From contig OX597824.1 in the NCBI GenBank assembly GCA_951406725.2, positions 66,030,001 through 66,094,000 of the forward strand: a stretch of DNA of 64,000 nucleotides, read 5' to 3'. A model generated the notes under the pieces. That model searched no databases. It was not told the DNA's origin and was given only the letters and a program-made list of their open reading frames with translations. Shown piece after piece: positions 53,315 through 64,000 of this stretch. Source of the stretch: Octopus vulgaris (taxonomy: Eukaryota). Position 1 is the first letter of the stretch. Every line of letters starts with the position of its first letter. Both the position numbers and the translations under genes were made by a program.

Positions 53315-54568
53315 TAATATAAACCATGCACAATGCGCTACACATACACACACACCATTGCCTTTGGCGGCTATTTAATAATAGCAGTAACGTGATCATC
53401 TTCAGCAACGAAGCATGAACATATCAATGAGATGGTACCTATACTGACACACGATTGGCTAGAAATAGCAATCAAATTCTCCTTGAAATCATATGCAACC
53501 GTCTGAAAGAAAAGTTCTAGATATAGTATACTCCCCCCCCTCCCTAATTGGATGGTCTTAGCTGGACCAACTTTAATCATAGGTCTGTTGAATCAGGGCT
53601 GAATGGCTAAAGACGCATGTACATAGGCGGAGGTTGGCAGAACTGTAAGAATGTAGGACAAAACCTCTGCAGTGTGGTCCTTTACATACGGAGTTCAAAT
53701 CCTGTCTTTCATCATCCTGAAGTCAATAAAGTACCAATTAAGTAATGGAGTTTATTTAATATTCCTATAAGGTATCTTTGATATCAATAGAATTATAATA
53801 AAAGACAACTCTGAGCACCTTTTCAAACTCCACCCATCTAACACCCGTGGACATATTTACAAAGTCAGAAAACAGCACAGCTCCCATGACTTCAGGAAAC
53901 ATTTTTTCACGCTGAGAGTTGCTGAAGCATGGAACAAACTGCCGGCATCAGTTGTTAGTTGTCGGAGCACTGCATCCTTCAAAACTTCCATGCTTCCTGA
54001 GATTCGCCAACACTACACTTGATTTTCTCTCCTCCATACACACACAAGCATGTATCTGACTCATACATTGTTCGCTTTCCAGACATTTCTACATTACTGC
54101 ATGTACTTTATATGCACTTTCTGACAAGTTGTGGTGCACCTGAGCACTGTATACAATAATTTCATTATTATTATTATTTCCACACACACACACATTCATT
54201 CAATTAGGAAGCCTTTATGTAGTCACTTGATTTGTTAAAAATAGCAGTAAAATTTCGTTCAGATCACACCCTATCGCCTTAATAAGGGAGGAAACAACGA
54301 AATCTAAGACATACCTAAGAAAAAACTAAAATAAAATAAAGATAGAATTGATAGGACAGTCAAAGTGCAAACAACCTTTGGTCATAGGACCTCTGATGTA
54401 GGGTGACCTAGGGTTAAACACCAAACTATTCAAACTGACACAAACATTAACAGTTGTTGAAATCAACAGTGTGATTTAGCTGCTGGTTGGAACTTACTCT
54501 TTCTCTTTGTATATTTGTTGCACCAGTCGTTTATCAAAATTTTCGAATAAATGTACGAATTCCGTCAT
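35809..54568 (-). CDS. SPATA17: SPATA17-like IQ-motif protein, copy A (10 coding exons, ~333 aa, three IQ motifs)
   Basis: Exons 54498-54568, 50569-50658, 49639-49720, 47384-47434, 45575-45678, 41339-41494, 39788-39917, 37538-37686, 36873-37002, 35809-35847; total 1002 nt, open. Motifs VKIQSWYRG, IQKHWKGY, IQKTWRGY, GPFLDPANVQLQRYKPLKPTLRV. Confidence 0.92.
36143..36369. mobile_element. TTAA-flanked piggyBac-type MITE
   Basis: TTAA|CCCTTTAG...CTAAAGGG|TTAA. Confidence 0.8.
36873..37002 (-). CDS. SPATA17: SPATA17-like copy A exon 9 (FISAKNYPTKYQPLLH...YFRETNHKLFISDK)
   Basis: ttttccag/gtaaga sites; matches the SPATA17 KY.P.H..S.YG...FR....DK segment. Confidence 0.92.
37538..37686 (-). CDS. 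SPATA17: SPATA17-like copy A exon 8 (GPFLDPANVQLQRYKPLKPTLRVETSFDSLEKARKELKMEEW...)
   Basis: attcag/gtaagt sites; strong match to the SPATA17 GPF..QRY.PL.PTLRV..AR.EL..EEW block. Confidence 0.95.
39788..39917 (-). CDS. SPATA17: SPATA17-like copy A exon 7 (KSKQTEIYH...TLPPLPQKPQ)
   Basis: AAG acceptor is the only phase-2 option; gtaaga donor; LPP...QKPQ. Confidence 0.82.
41339..41494 (-). CDS. SPATA17: SPATA17-like copy A exon 6 (AKLDKFAKETKEIEE...FPGININTTC)
   Basis: gtacag/gtaagg sites; phase 2-2; charged coiled-coil-like segment. Confidence 0.85.
42938..43626 (+). mobile_element. CR1-clade LINE 3' fragment, near-identical to 8036-8728
   Basis: Same ORF end and (ATT)n tail; about 3 mismatches seen by eye; inserted in a (TA)n tract. 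Confidence 0.95.
44846..45062. mobile_element. Mariner-derived MITE (related partial copy at ~43880-44045)
   Basis: tacaaggggatgctgtaaagt...acttttcagcaccccctcata inverted ends flanked by TA. Confidence 0.65.
45575..45678 (-). CDS. SPATA17: SPATA17-like copy A exon 5 (IQ3: IQKTWRGYQSRKKKFDYYKRK...)
   Basis: ttcttcag/gtaagt sites; 104 nt. Confidence 0.93.
47384..47434 (-). CDS. SPATA17: SPATA17-like copy A exon 4 (DFFLKMCIEHYIAMATK)
   Basis: ttttacag/gtaagt sites; 51 nt. Confidence 0.9.
49639..49720 (-). CDS. SPATA17: SPATA17-like copy A exon 3 (IQ2: FMNNAAITIQKHWKGYMARIYYQKSTW)
   Basis: AAG acceptor, gtaaat donor; 82 nt. Confidence 0.9.
50569..50658 (-). CDS. SPATA17: SPATA17-like copy A exon 2 (IQ1: EAEKHRNYEYSASVKIQSWYRGARSRFYL)
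   Basis: ttattcag/gtaagt sites; 90 nt, phase 2-2; matches SPATA17 AAVKIQSWFRG. Confidence 0.93.
51035..53275 (+). mobile_element. Degenerate RLE-type non-LTR retrotransposon (R4/Dong-like)
   Basis: RT motifs KKAFDSVP, IFQRDSLS, FVDDLKLY, YRYLG; CCHC finger CKLCG..HIISSC; RHD and RPNIMIWD..E endonuclease motifs; stops and frameshifts; ends at (CATA)/(TA)n. Confidence 0.88.
53805..54178 (+). mobile_element. CR1 related-subfamily 3' end with a longer 3' UTR
   Basis: RGH..KVRKQHSSHDFRKHFFTLRVAEAWNKLP; same GTGCACCTGAGCAC terminus and ATT tail. Confidence 0.88.
54498..54568 (-). CDS. SPATA17: SPATA17-like copy A exon 1 (MTEFVHLFENFDKRLVQQIYKEK)
   Basis: agaATG start, gtaagt donor; 71 nt, phase 2; CpG-containing flank. 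Confidence 0.85.
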
Positions 54569-54592
54569 TCTATTCTTGCGTACCTGGCGACT

Positions 54593-54607
54593 GTAACTCT
54601 TAGCAAC
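54593..54607. promoter_or_regulatory. RFX X-box-like motif upstream of SPATA17 copy A
   Basis: GTAACT-CTT-AGCAAC fits GTNRCY-N0-3-RGYAAC, ~25 nt upstream of the ATG; adjacent CCTGGCGAC half-site. Confidence 0.65.
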
Positions 54608-55347
54608 AGTGTGTAAACGAGGCTGTGGGTTCGGTAGTCACACCCTCTGCGCCGCGCGTAATCTACCCTACAAACATTGTATTCCTCCGCGATTTACTTC
54701 CAGTCAGTGATTTACACAACCTTTTACGAACCATAATACACTGCGTAAGGCCCTAAATCGGATTTCATGAATTTTCCGAAAGTCTTCTCCCCTCCCACGT
54801 TCGTTAGCGCAAATTTGTTTTCCATATTTATCTTCTACACGTTTTTTTACACGTAATAGGTTGTTTTTTTTCTTTGTTGACGGCTCTCGAACTTGATATT
54901 CTGTTAGTGAGTGTTTTTCTCGCAACAATTTAAAAGGTATTCTTTTATTTGTTTGTCATTTGACTGCAACCATGCTGGAGCACTGCCTTTAGTCGAGCAA
55001 ATCGACCTCAGGACTTATTCTTTGTAAGCCTAGTACTTATTCTATCAGTCTTCTTTTGCCGAACCGCTACGTTACGGAGACGTGGACACACCAACATCGG
55101 TTGTCAAGCGATCTTGGGTAGGGGCCAAACACACACACATACATATATGTATGTAAAATTCTAGCTTTTGGTGACATAGAAGAGGTTAGAAGGCTCAAGT
55201 AGCAAAGACATTATTCTGCAAATGTAACTGCTGTTACTCACAGAAAAACTATTGTTTTATCGTAAGAAAAGTGCTGTTGAACTGTTAAATGATATTTGGC
55301 AAACGAGGATCGAATCCACGCTCTGCCTGCATGAAGCCACTACATTG

Positions 55348-55354
55348 TATACAT

Positions 55355-55417
<63 letters not shown>

Positions 55418-55497
55418 TCACAACCACGTATATATATATATATATATATATAGAAGGGCTATATATATATATATTTTATATATATATATATATATAC
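55348..55497. repeat. (CA)/(TA)n microsatellite within a SINE
   Basis: Direct inspection. Confidence 0.95.
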
Positions 55498-56909
55498 GAC
55501 GGGCTTCTTTCAGTTTCCGACTACCAAATCCACTCACAAGGCTTTGGTCGGTCCGAGGCTATCGTAGAAGACACTTACCCAAGGTGCCACGCAGTGGGAC
55601 TGAAAGTGGTAGAAAGTTACAATAAAGTGTTAATTTATTATTATTATTTGGGGGGGGGGGTCAATTGATTTCCCTTTCAGGTATTGTGCATGCGCACTCA
55701 TATTATTTCATTTTCTGTCATCGCGCGAAATTTCGAAATGGAATTGAAGACATAATTCCGAAGTTTATTCCCCGTAAATTCCAACGGTATGTAACATGAA
55801 ATTTCTTTGATATTTTCAATGAATTCGTGTTGTATGTGCATCACATACAGATGTGTGTGGGTATGTGTCAAGAGAATTTGTTGGAGATTTGGATGTTATT
55901 TCGGTACTCATATTTTTTGTAAATACCCTTTCAAGTTTCATTTGGTTGGAAAAAAAGAGAAAAAAAAAAAAACGCTTTGGAAATTTCTAACACTTTCAGT
56001 TGTAAAAAAAAAATTAACACTTTATTTTAACTTTTTGTCAGACAAATTGCTATGGCCAATTCAAGTTCCTTTCCGAAGTGATATTTGGTTTTTCGCCGAC
56101 TTCTAACTTTTCTTGTTGCACTGAAACCAGTGCTCTGAGTGAGATCTTCTGGCCCGCGTCACTTTATAAATTTTGCTCAGTATAGTTTTACAAGATGGGC
56201 AACGCATTTGTTTGGCTGGGAACTCAAGTTCGTGGCAATAACTTTTTATTTTAACTTTTTACCTCATTTTATCGCGGGAAATGTCTCAGAAATTTTCTCG
56301 AAACTCATCCCCAGTCGACTTCTAGTCCCCCCACCACCATTTCCTTCCAAACTTGTTTATTTTTGTAATTTTTGGGGCCAAAAATCCCCGTTTTTGGATA
56401 CGGAGGTTCCGGAAAATTGCCAAAAATCGGCATTGTAAAATTCCCCCCTTTCCCCCCAACTTCTTCAATTTTTACTTTTTCCCCAACACTAACCCTAAAA
56501 CCATAACCCTAATCCTAAAACCCTAACCCTAAAACCGTAACCGCAAGTACAGAAATGTTTTGAAATTTTTGTCCGAATCATGATGTCCGTATTTTTCCGC
56601 ATCTTTAAAAAAAAAACATTCTTAAAAACAAATTTTACAAAGATTTTTGGAAATTTTTTCAGAATCTCCGTATTTTTCCGCATATTTTGAAAAAAAAATT
56701 GTGAAAAAAGTTAAAAATGAAGGAAATGGGGGTGGGGGTGGTAATTTAGAAATGTCAATTTTTTTGCAGATTCGTATTCCCCGTAGCCGAAAAGGAGTGG
56801 GATTGTGTCGAAAAAAAAATTGTTTTTTAAAAGGGTGGTTTGGAGGGGGACGGGCGGAAGTCTTGCCCAGATCCGTAATCTCCGTACCCGAAAATGGGGC
56901 TTTCTGTAA

Positions 56910-56944
<35 letters not shown>

Positions 56945-57504
56945 TTAAAGGTGGGGGTTGATGGGGGTAGAAAGGGAATCTATGCCGTTTGAAAAGTATT
57001 TCTATAAAATTTCGTTAATATACATTTTCCTGAAAGTTATAAGGGAAATATCGGATCGTGTGAATTTTTCGAAAGTCTTCTCTTCACCACCCCCGTTCAT
57101 CAGTGCGCATTTCTTTTGTATTCGTTTACTACACATTGTTTTACACCTATTGCATTATTATTTTTTTTTTTTGTGACCGGGTGTTAAACTAGAAATTAAC
57201 CCAAATTTTTGTTTTCATATCCGTTTTCTATACATTTTTACACCTATTACACTTGATTTTCTTTTTGTTTGGGTGACCGGGAGTTAAAGTAAACATTAAC
57301 CTAAATTTTGATGTGAGTTTTGTATTAGATATGTATCATGTACATACGTGTTATATATGCAATTATTAAATAAATAAAATATAACTAGGCAAGGTGAACC
57401 AATAACATGCGGGTAAAATTTGGTGAACGGTAACTATATTGAGGCCCGTTGCAGCTAATAACATTCACCTTCATGCTTCGATACTAAAAGAACAATAAAG
57501 GATG

Positions 57505-58270
57505 TGTTTTTGTGTTTATCCTCACCTATGGTCATGAGGGTTGGGTAATAACCGAAAGGGAACAATTGCGAATACACGCGGCCGAATTGGGGTTCATCCG
57601 AAGGGATTCTAGAGTAACGTCATTCGACGGGGTGCGGAGTTCGGAGATCAGGGAGTCTCTTCAGAGCGAGTCACTACTTTTCTGCATTGAGAAATTACAG
57701 CTCCTGTACTACGGATGTTATTAGAATGTCACAGGAAAGAATCGCAATACGGATCCTTTAAGCTGAGCCAACAGACAGGCGATCTAGGTACTACTAGCGA
57801 ACAGTGGCCCCGGTGCGCGCACTCGCGCAAGCTAGTCGTAAGTAGTCAATCCTACAACGACTTTTTAACCCTAAACCTAACCCTAACCCTAATTATTTAC
57901 TTAGTTTAAAAAATTATTTACTTGGCGTTTTATTTACTTTATTCGAAAAATATTATTTAATTTTCTTTGATATGTATTCAGCCTTGAAATACAAACATAC
58001 ACGCAAGTCGTTGTAGGATCGACTACTTACGACTAGCTAGCACGGATGCGCGTGTGCGCGCATCGGGACCACTGTTCGCTAGTAGTACCGGCGACCTAGG
58101 GGTAGATCAAGAACGAGATGGATAATATCCATAATCGGCAACCCATAATCTCAGTTGGGAAACCATCCGGAATATCTAATGACTGTTTCTTCTTATAGGA
58201 CCCTATTGAGGTGGTGTCTGGGGATTATACCCAAACGACCCTCTCAGGAATAGTGGGCAGAGAAGATGAA
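57505..58270 (+). mobile_element. RTE-clade LINE 3' remnant interrupted by a MITE
   Basis: ILTYGHEGW...IHAAELGFIRR..RVT..D.VRS.EIRE is typical of the RTE C-terminal region. Confidence 0.7.
57787..58089. mobile_element. Mutator-like/foldback MITE with ~85-bp TIRs and a 9-bp TSD
   Basis: GGTACTACTAGCGAACAGTGG...CCACTGTTCGCTAGTAGTACC; flanks ggcgatcta/ggcgaccta; internal TAACCC repeats. Confidence 0.85.
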
Positions 58271-58368
58271 TGGAATGGCTGGATCGAGATGTGCAGCAGT
58301 AATATCTATTTATGCTAATTTTCCGCTCATTTTTTTAAAAACCGGAAATTGATAGGCTGAGACAGTAT

Positions 58369-58382
58369 GTTGTCATGGAGAT
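58369..58382. promoter_or_regulatory. RFX X-box-like motif upstream of the CIMIP6-like gene
   Basis: GTTGTC-AT-GGAGAT, ~130 nt upstream of ATG 58510; ETS-like ACCGGAAAT at 58341-58349. Confidence 0.6.
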
Positions 58383-58509
58383 GACTGTAATTACAGTGTA
58401 TATCCGTTATGAGGTTCTTCAACTGAGAGAAGAATATCGTGTTGTCGCTTTGTTCGCATGTGCATACTAATCCAAGTTCCTTGGGAGTCAAGATTTAACC
58501 AGCAACAGG

Positions 58510-58571
58510 ATGGCCGTACGCGTGTCTGTGCCAGTTATTACTCGCAAGAAGACAGTTCCATCAAAACACAA
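58510..58571 (+). CDS. CIMIP6: C2orf73/CIMIP6-like gene, coding exon 1 (MAVRVSVPVITRKKTVPSKH)
   Basis: aggATGG start, gtaggt donor; phase 2, compatible with the exon starting at 63104. Confidence 0.7.
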
Positions 58572-59994
58572 GTAGGTGGTGGCTGTTGTTGGTGTGACAG
58601 TTACAGCTTTGATATCTCTTCCCCAACCTGATAACGTTTCCTCAGAAATTTCTGAAAAGAAAAAGAAAATGCATATATTTTCAATGGAATTTTGTGGTGA
58701 TACGTTTTCGAGGATGTGGTTGCGATTTTGTTGATAAAAAGATAATTTTTTTTCAGCATAGTTTCGAGTCACCCCACCCGAATTTTATTTCCTCATAACT
58801 TTCTTTAAAATACATAATTTTAAAGAAAATCGACATAGTTTCTGATGTGAACTGGACTACATCAAAAAAGTTGTTTTGCAAATTTTATCAACATAATTGG
58901 GACCGTATCTCTGCAAAATTTCGTTAAAAATTTTAAATGTTTGTTTGAAAACAAAATCGGCGGTGGAGGACTGTAACACAAAACTTCGCCACAAAAGTTT
59001 TGTTTTTATTTTGTTCAAAATTTCATCAACCTAATCGTCAGCTACACCCTAGAAAATGAATATCTGCAAAATTTCGTTAAAAAATATGCGTAGGAAATAG
59101 AATTCAGGGGTGAAGAGGGGCAATTTGTTGTATGGGCCTTCCTTATGCTGGTCTTCCATAAAAGTAAATAATAAAAAAGAAAAGGCGTAGCTGTGTAGTA
59201 AGAAGCTCGCTTCCCAACTTCATGGTTCCGGGTTCAGTGCCAATGCACGGCACCTTGGCCAAGTGTCTTCTACTATAGCTTCAAATTGACCAAAGCCTTG
59301 TGAGTTGGATTTCAGAGATGGAAATTGAAAGAAACCCGTTGTATGTATGTATGTGTGTGTGTGTGTTCACCCCCTCACCGCTCGACAACCGGTGTTGGTG
59401 TGTGTATATATATCCTCCTTAACCTAGCGGTTCGGTAAAAGAAACTGACAGAATGAGTACCAGGCTTAAAAATTTTTTTTTTAAGTACTGGAGTGCATTC
59501 AATCAACTAAAATTCTTCGAGGCGGTACCCCAGCATTGCCGCAGTCTGAAATGACTGGAACAAGAAAAAGTATGAAAGAAAAAAATAACTTAACTACTGA
59601 CTGATTGCGGACTTAAACAGTGGAGAGGTGTAGTACTAAGAGTTTAGTGGAGCCGATTTTTTCGGCGAAATGCTTAGCGGTATTTCGTCTGCCGCTATGT
59701 TCTGAGTTCAAATTCCGCCGAGGTCGACTTTGCCTTTCATCCTTTCGGGGTCGATAAATTAAGTACCAGTTATGCACTGGGGTCGATGTAATCGACTTAA
59801 TCCGTTTGTCTGTCCTTGTTTGTCCCCTCTGTGTTTGACCCCTTGTGGGTAATAAAGAAACAGGCTATTAATTTGCTTTACGGTTACAGTTTGTCAGCAT
59901 TTCTATTAAAATGTTAGATTTGTTTCTTTCTTAAGAGTTTACATCCTCTCCCTCTCTCTCTTTCTCTCTCAATGTAAAATAAGGAGTATTAATT

Positions 59995-60555
59995 GATTCT
60001 TTCACCCTCACGATTTTCACTAAGAAAACAAAAACAAAACAAAACAAAAACTCGGATTATTTGCATGGAATCAAGTACCCTGACCTCCTAATATGCTGGA
60101 AACTCCTTACTTTTTGCTCGGAAAGTGGGGAAGGAAACCGCCCCCCCCCCCCCATCCCAGAATCATTGGAATTTTTTTTTCGTTGAATGAATTCCGGTGA
60201 CCTGCTAATATGCTACAAAACACTTTTTTGGTTCCGGAAAACAGGATGGGGCAAAGTGGAAGCCTCGGAAATTTCACCCCCTACCCCCATTGATCTTTTC
60301 ACCCGCACAATTTTCACCAAGAAAAAAGAAAAAAACACGGAATCAAGTACCCTGACCTCCTAATATGCTGCAAACCCCTTATTTTTGTTCGGAATCATTG
60401 AAAATTTGTTTTTTTCTTTGACTGAATTCCAGTGACTTCCTTAATATGCTACAAAACCCTTTTTTAGGTCCAGAAAACGGGGTGGGTTGGGGTGGAATCC
60501 TCGGAAATTTCACCCCACCCCCATTTTCAAATATTTTTTGCTATTTCTTTCTTTA
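59995..60555 (+). repeat. Unclassified interspersed repeat with an internal tandem duplication; homologous to 26320-26630
   Basis: Shared units gcatggaatcaagtaccctga...aatatgctg and ggaaatttcaccccacccccattttcaaatattttttgct. Confidence 0.7.
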
Positions 60556-61486
60556 CCCATAATTTTAGATAACGTTTTTGAGAGAGTATAGATTACAATA
60601 GATTAAAAATTCAAAGAAGTTTGAAATGAATAAGTGAAAATGCAGAGGTTATAGAAGTTAGGTGATAACGAAGTGTGCATAGAGATAACAAACGATAAAT
60701 TCATCTAAAAAAAACGTTCGAGTTTTTGCATGTATGTGTGAAATGAAGTAAAAGTATAATATTAACAAAATATCTTCTTCCTACCTCTTAAAATCATTGG
60801 ATATAATATATATAATAATCCTGAATAGATTTTCCCTTTGCAATTTTTGGCGCCGAAATGTGTTTCATTTTTGTGTGGAGAGAAAGAGAGTGAGTGTGTG
60901 ATGAAGTTTATCTAAACATTGAATGGGTAACAATCTATCATAATTATATATATCATACATCATCATCATCGTTTAACGTCTGGTTTCCATGCTGGCACGG
61001 GTTGAACGGTTTGGCTGAGTACTGACAAGCCAGGAGGCTGCAATCAGACTCCAGTCTGTTCTGGCAAAGTTTCTACAGCTGGATGCCCATCATAATGCCA
61101 ACCACTCCGAGAGTGTAGTGGGTGCTTTTCAAGTGTGACTAGCATGGGGTCCAGTCAGATGGCACTGGCATCAATCACACTTGAATTGTACTTTTGACAT
61201 GCCGCCAGCACTGACATTGGCTACACCTTTTTTCTGAACAAAAATAAGGAGTTGCAGCATATTAGGAGGTCAGGATACTTGATTCCACACAAAAATCCAA
61301 GTTTTTATTTTTGAATTAAGTATTTAAAGCATCTTATATATAAAAAAATATATATGTATATAATCACTCGTATTAAATATATAAATACTTTAATAGTATT
61401 GATACTTTGATACAACAGAGCACTCAATATAAGTTCAGTATATAATATTCTTATTGAATATATTTAACTAAAGATTTATATATATA

Positions 61487-61871
61487 CTAGCAGTATCGCC
61501 CGGTGTTGCTCAGGTTTGTAAGGGAAATAACTATAAAGCATTTTTAGAGAGTTATAGCCAAAAAATAGCAAAAAAATGGAAAAAAAAATGATGGTAAATT
61601 TTTTTTGAGAGTTAAAAAGGTCGAGTTGCGTCCCCATGACAGTCTGTGGTTTGTGTTTCTGATTCTCGACCCCATGTCGAATTTATCAATTTTTTTCAGA
61701 ACTGGGGGAACTTTTCAAAATTTTTGCTGCGTTAGTTTTGAATTATGACATTGGGCTATGTGTGTGTCAAGTTTCATCAGAATCGGTTGAAAGCAGTGGT
61801 CAGGGTGAGGGTACAACCAAACAGACACACAGAAACACACAGAGACAAACTGCCGTTTATATAGAGAGAGA
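61487..61871 (-). mobile_element. Non-autonomous Helitron
   Basis: Minus strand A|TC...GC-rich subterminal segment...CTAG|T; no TSD. Confidence 0.8.
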
Positions 61872-62616
61872 TCACTGAAGTTAACCATACTATCAGATAT
61901 TTTTATATTTTGCTTGTTACAATGTGCTTCTTTGCATTATTGTAACTTTCAAATAATGCCACCCCATTGGCTTGGTGGACTCCTAATGCTAGTCAATTGC
62001 ATGGTTACCCTTTTTGCAGTTGAGTACATATAAGCTTTGGAATTCTCCAATTTGTGATATTTCTCAATTCGTTCAAATTTTGCATTGACAAAATTAAATT
62101 GTTTTTATCATTAGAAATTTTTTTCATTTATTCAAATTTTTATTTGTTTCTAAAAAGAAAATTGAATTCAAATCAATTTTCAATTTCCAATGAGTTTTAA
62201 ATAGCAAAAAAAAACCCAACAAAAACAAAACAAAAAAAAAGACAAAAAAAAATCAGACATTGCTATCTTTGAAACAAATGTTATAATTGTTGACATCATA
62301 TAAACTTTCAAGAGAAGGTGAAATAATTAGTTTTGGAACAATGGATCTCAATGCTCACATACGCATAGAGCTATAAATAAGCTTGTAAATATTGAATTGA
62401 AAATCCACTTTTGGATATAAAAATTCAAAAGCTACCTTTATGACAAGAACCCACATCCCCTGTAGACATGACAGGCTTTCTACCATTGAACCAAATCAGT
62501 CCTTTGAATTTCTCTATTCATTTTAGTAAATTTATTCTTACCAGTGAAAATTGTATGCTGTTGACAGCCACCTTTGAATTTTTCTATCTAACCCATTATC
62601 TATATGCTCTTGTATA

Positions 62617-62932
62617 TGTAGCTTAGTGGTTAGGGGTATTCAGCTCATGACCATAAGGTCATGAGTTCAATTCCTGGCAGTGGCGTTGTGTCCTTGAGCA
62701 AAGCACTTTATTTCACATCGCTCCAGTTCACTCAGCTGGCAGAACTGGATAGTACCTGTATTTCAAAGGGCCAGTCTTGTTACATTTTGTGTCATGCCGA
62801 ATCTCTCTGAGAACTACATTAAGGGTACATGCATCTATGGAGTGCTCAACCACTTGCACGTTAATTTCATGAGCAGGCTGTTCTGTTGGTTGGATCAACT
62901 GGAACACTCATCGTCATGACCAACAGAGTGCT
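62617..62932 (+). mobile_element. tRNA-derived SINE, family 4 (V-domain-like)
   Basis: TAGCTTAGTGG A-box, GAGTTCAATTCC B-box, gtgtccttgagcaa; its 3' part recurs inverted at ~2280-2460. Confidence 0.75.
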
Positions 62933-63103
62933 AGTTATTATTTATAGCTTTATGTGCTTCAATATCCACTGTTCCAAAACAGAAATGTTTTTTTTTTGTT
63001 CTGTTGTTTGCAGCTGTTTTGTACATAGTTCCAGGGTGGCCAGTTGTGAACAAACTATCTTATGTAGTCTCTGTCTGCCCGTCTCTCTCTCTCTCTCATT
63101 TAG

Positions 63104-63513
63104 CCCAAATACCTTTCGTGTTGTTTGCTATAATGAAGACAGTAATGTAAGAAAATACCCAGATACATCTCCTGCTATTCGGGCCCAGGATCCACTTGGA
63201 ATCTATGGAAACAAGCGTCCAAATATTTTGTCTTATGATACTAAGGTCCTGTCTTCATCACTGTATGATTACCGTGCCAATAATCCTTACCACAAGACTT
63301 GTGGCTTTCTGAGACAAAACTACCACATGCTCAACAGACCAGTATGTTATATGCAGACAGAGGGTCAGCCTGAAGGACACTGGATAGCACCAACCCTTCA
63401 TCAAGAGAAATTTCCACAACCACCATATGGACATGGTACAATTTCTCGAAGAGATTACTCTACCTTTGCCGTGTCAGCAAGTAGAAAAGTAGAGAAGGAC
63501 AAGATGAAACCAT
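63104..63513 (+). CDS. CIMIP6: C2orf73/CIMIP6-like ciliary microtubule inner protein, exon 2 (gene continues beyond the window)
   Basis: Polypyrimidine-catttag acceptor, gtaagt donor. FLRQNYHMLNRPVCYM..W..FPQPPY...TISRRDY resembles recalled C2orf73 FINTNARTYNEPFPYI..WW..FLPPY...STQRSDF. Confidence 0.75.
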
Positions 63514-64000
63514 GTAAGTTTTGTTGTTTTTATTTAGCCCCGGGTCTTCCTTGCTTAAGTAGACTTATGATCAAAGACATTCCAGCAGTGACCATCATAC
63601 CTTTTTTTTTTCATTTATTCAAATTTTTATTTTGTCTAAAAAGAAAATTAAATTCAAATCAATTTTCAATTTCCAATGAGTTTTTTTTTTCATACATGGT
63701 TATCCAACGTATCATCCATTCTCATTTGATATAGTAGAATGGGTATTTGACTGCTATTTCTGCATAGAAGCTTCTTCATTTTGCTGTTCATATGTAATGT
63801 GTCTTTGTTTTGATACTTTTTCCATTGATCTTCAAACATGGGCCCCATCACAGAGCTGTATCCTCCTTTTCTACAGCTTCCTACAACAATCCATGCTTCT
63901 CTAAAAACTGCTGACTATATTATCACTAACCCCATCTTAACCCATTCTTTTCGTTTGGTTCCTTTTCTGCCTTCAAAAGTTTGCAATAACGTATTCTGCA

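Noticed and set aside
867-54568. SPATA17 duplication as an uncollapsed haplotype or assembly artefact
   Set aside because: The exons counted are under 50% identical at protein level and the introns appear unrelated.
62617-62690. tRNA genes (also at 21413, 30833, 59185)
   Set aside because: A and B boxes run into SINE bodies repeated across the window; no intact cloverleaf.
62886-63734. 282-aa ORF as a single-exon gene
   Set aside because: The N-terminus derives from a SINE tail and polypyrimidine tract and the C-terminus is intronic; only 63104-63513 has splice sites and protein similarity.

Overview
AT-rich, repeat-dense eukaryotic DNA. The SINE, LINE and MITE families look like coleoid cephalopod (Octopus-type) repeats; that assignment is an inference. 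Manual splicing gives three cilia/sperm-axoneme genes that the ORF track mostly misses. Two are complete, tandem, same-strand (-) SPATA17-like (CFAP305) IQ-motif paralogs with the same 10-exon phase structure: copy A at 54568->35809 (~333 aa) and copy B at 24604->867 (~335 aa). The third is the first two coding exons of a divergently transcribed C2orf73/CIMIP6-like gene (+, from 58510). The paralogs are deeply diverged and show complementary motif loss. Copy B appears to have lost IQ motif 1 by reading exon 2 in a shifted frame, with the decayed IQ still visible in the old frame. RFX X-box-like motifs lie upstream of copy A and the CIMIP6-like gene. The rest is transposon-derived: a young CR1 LINE pair, R4/Dong-, CRE-, RTE- and Penelope-like remnants, mariner, Merlin, MULE, piggyBac and hAT MITEs or fragments, a Helitron, several SINE families and microsatellites. 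All homology calls are from recalled sequences; no database search was run.
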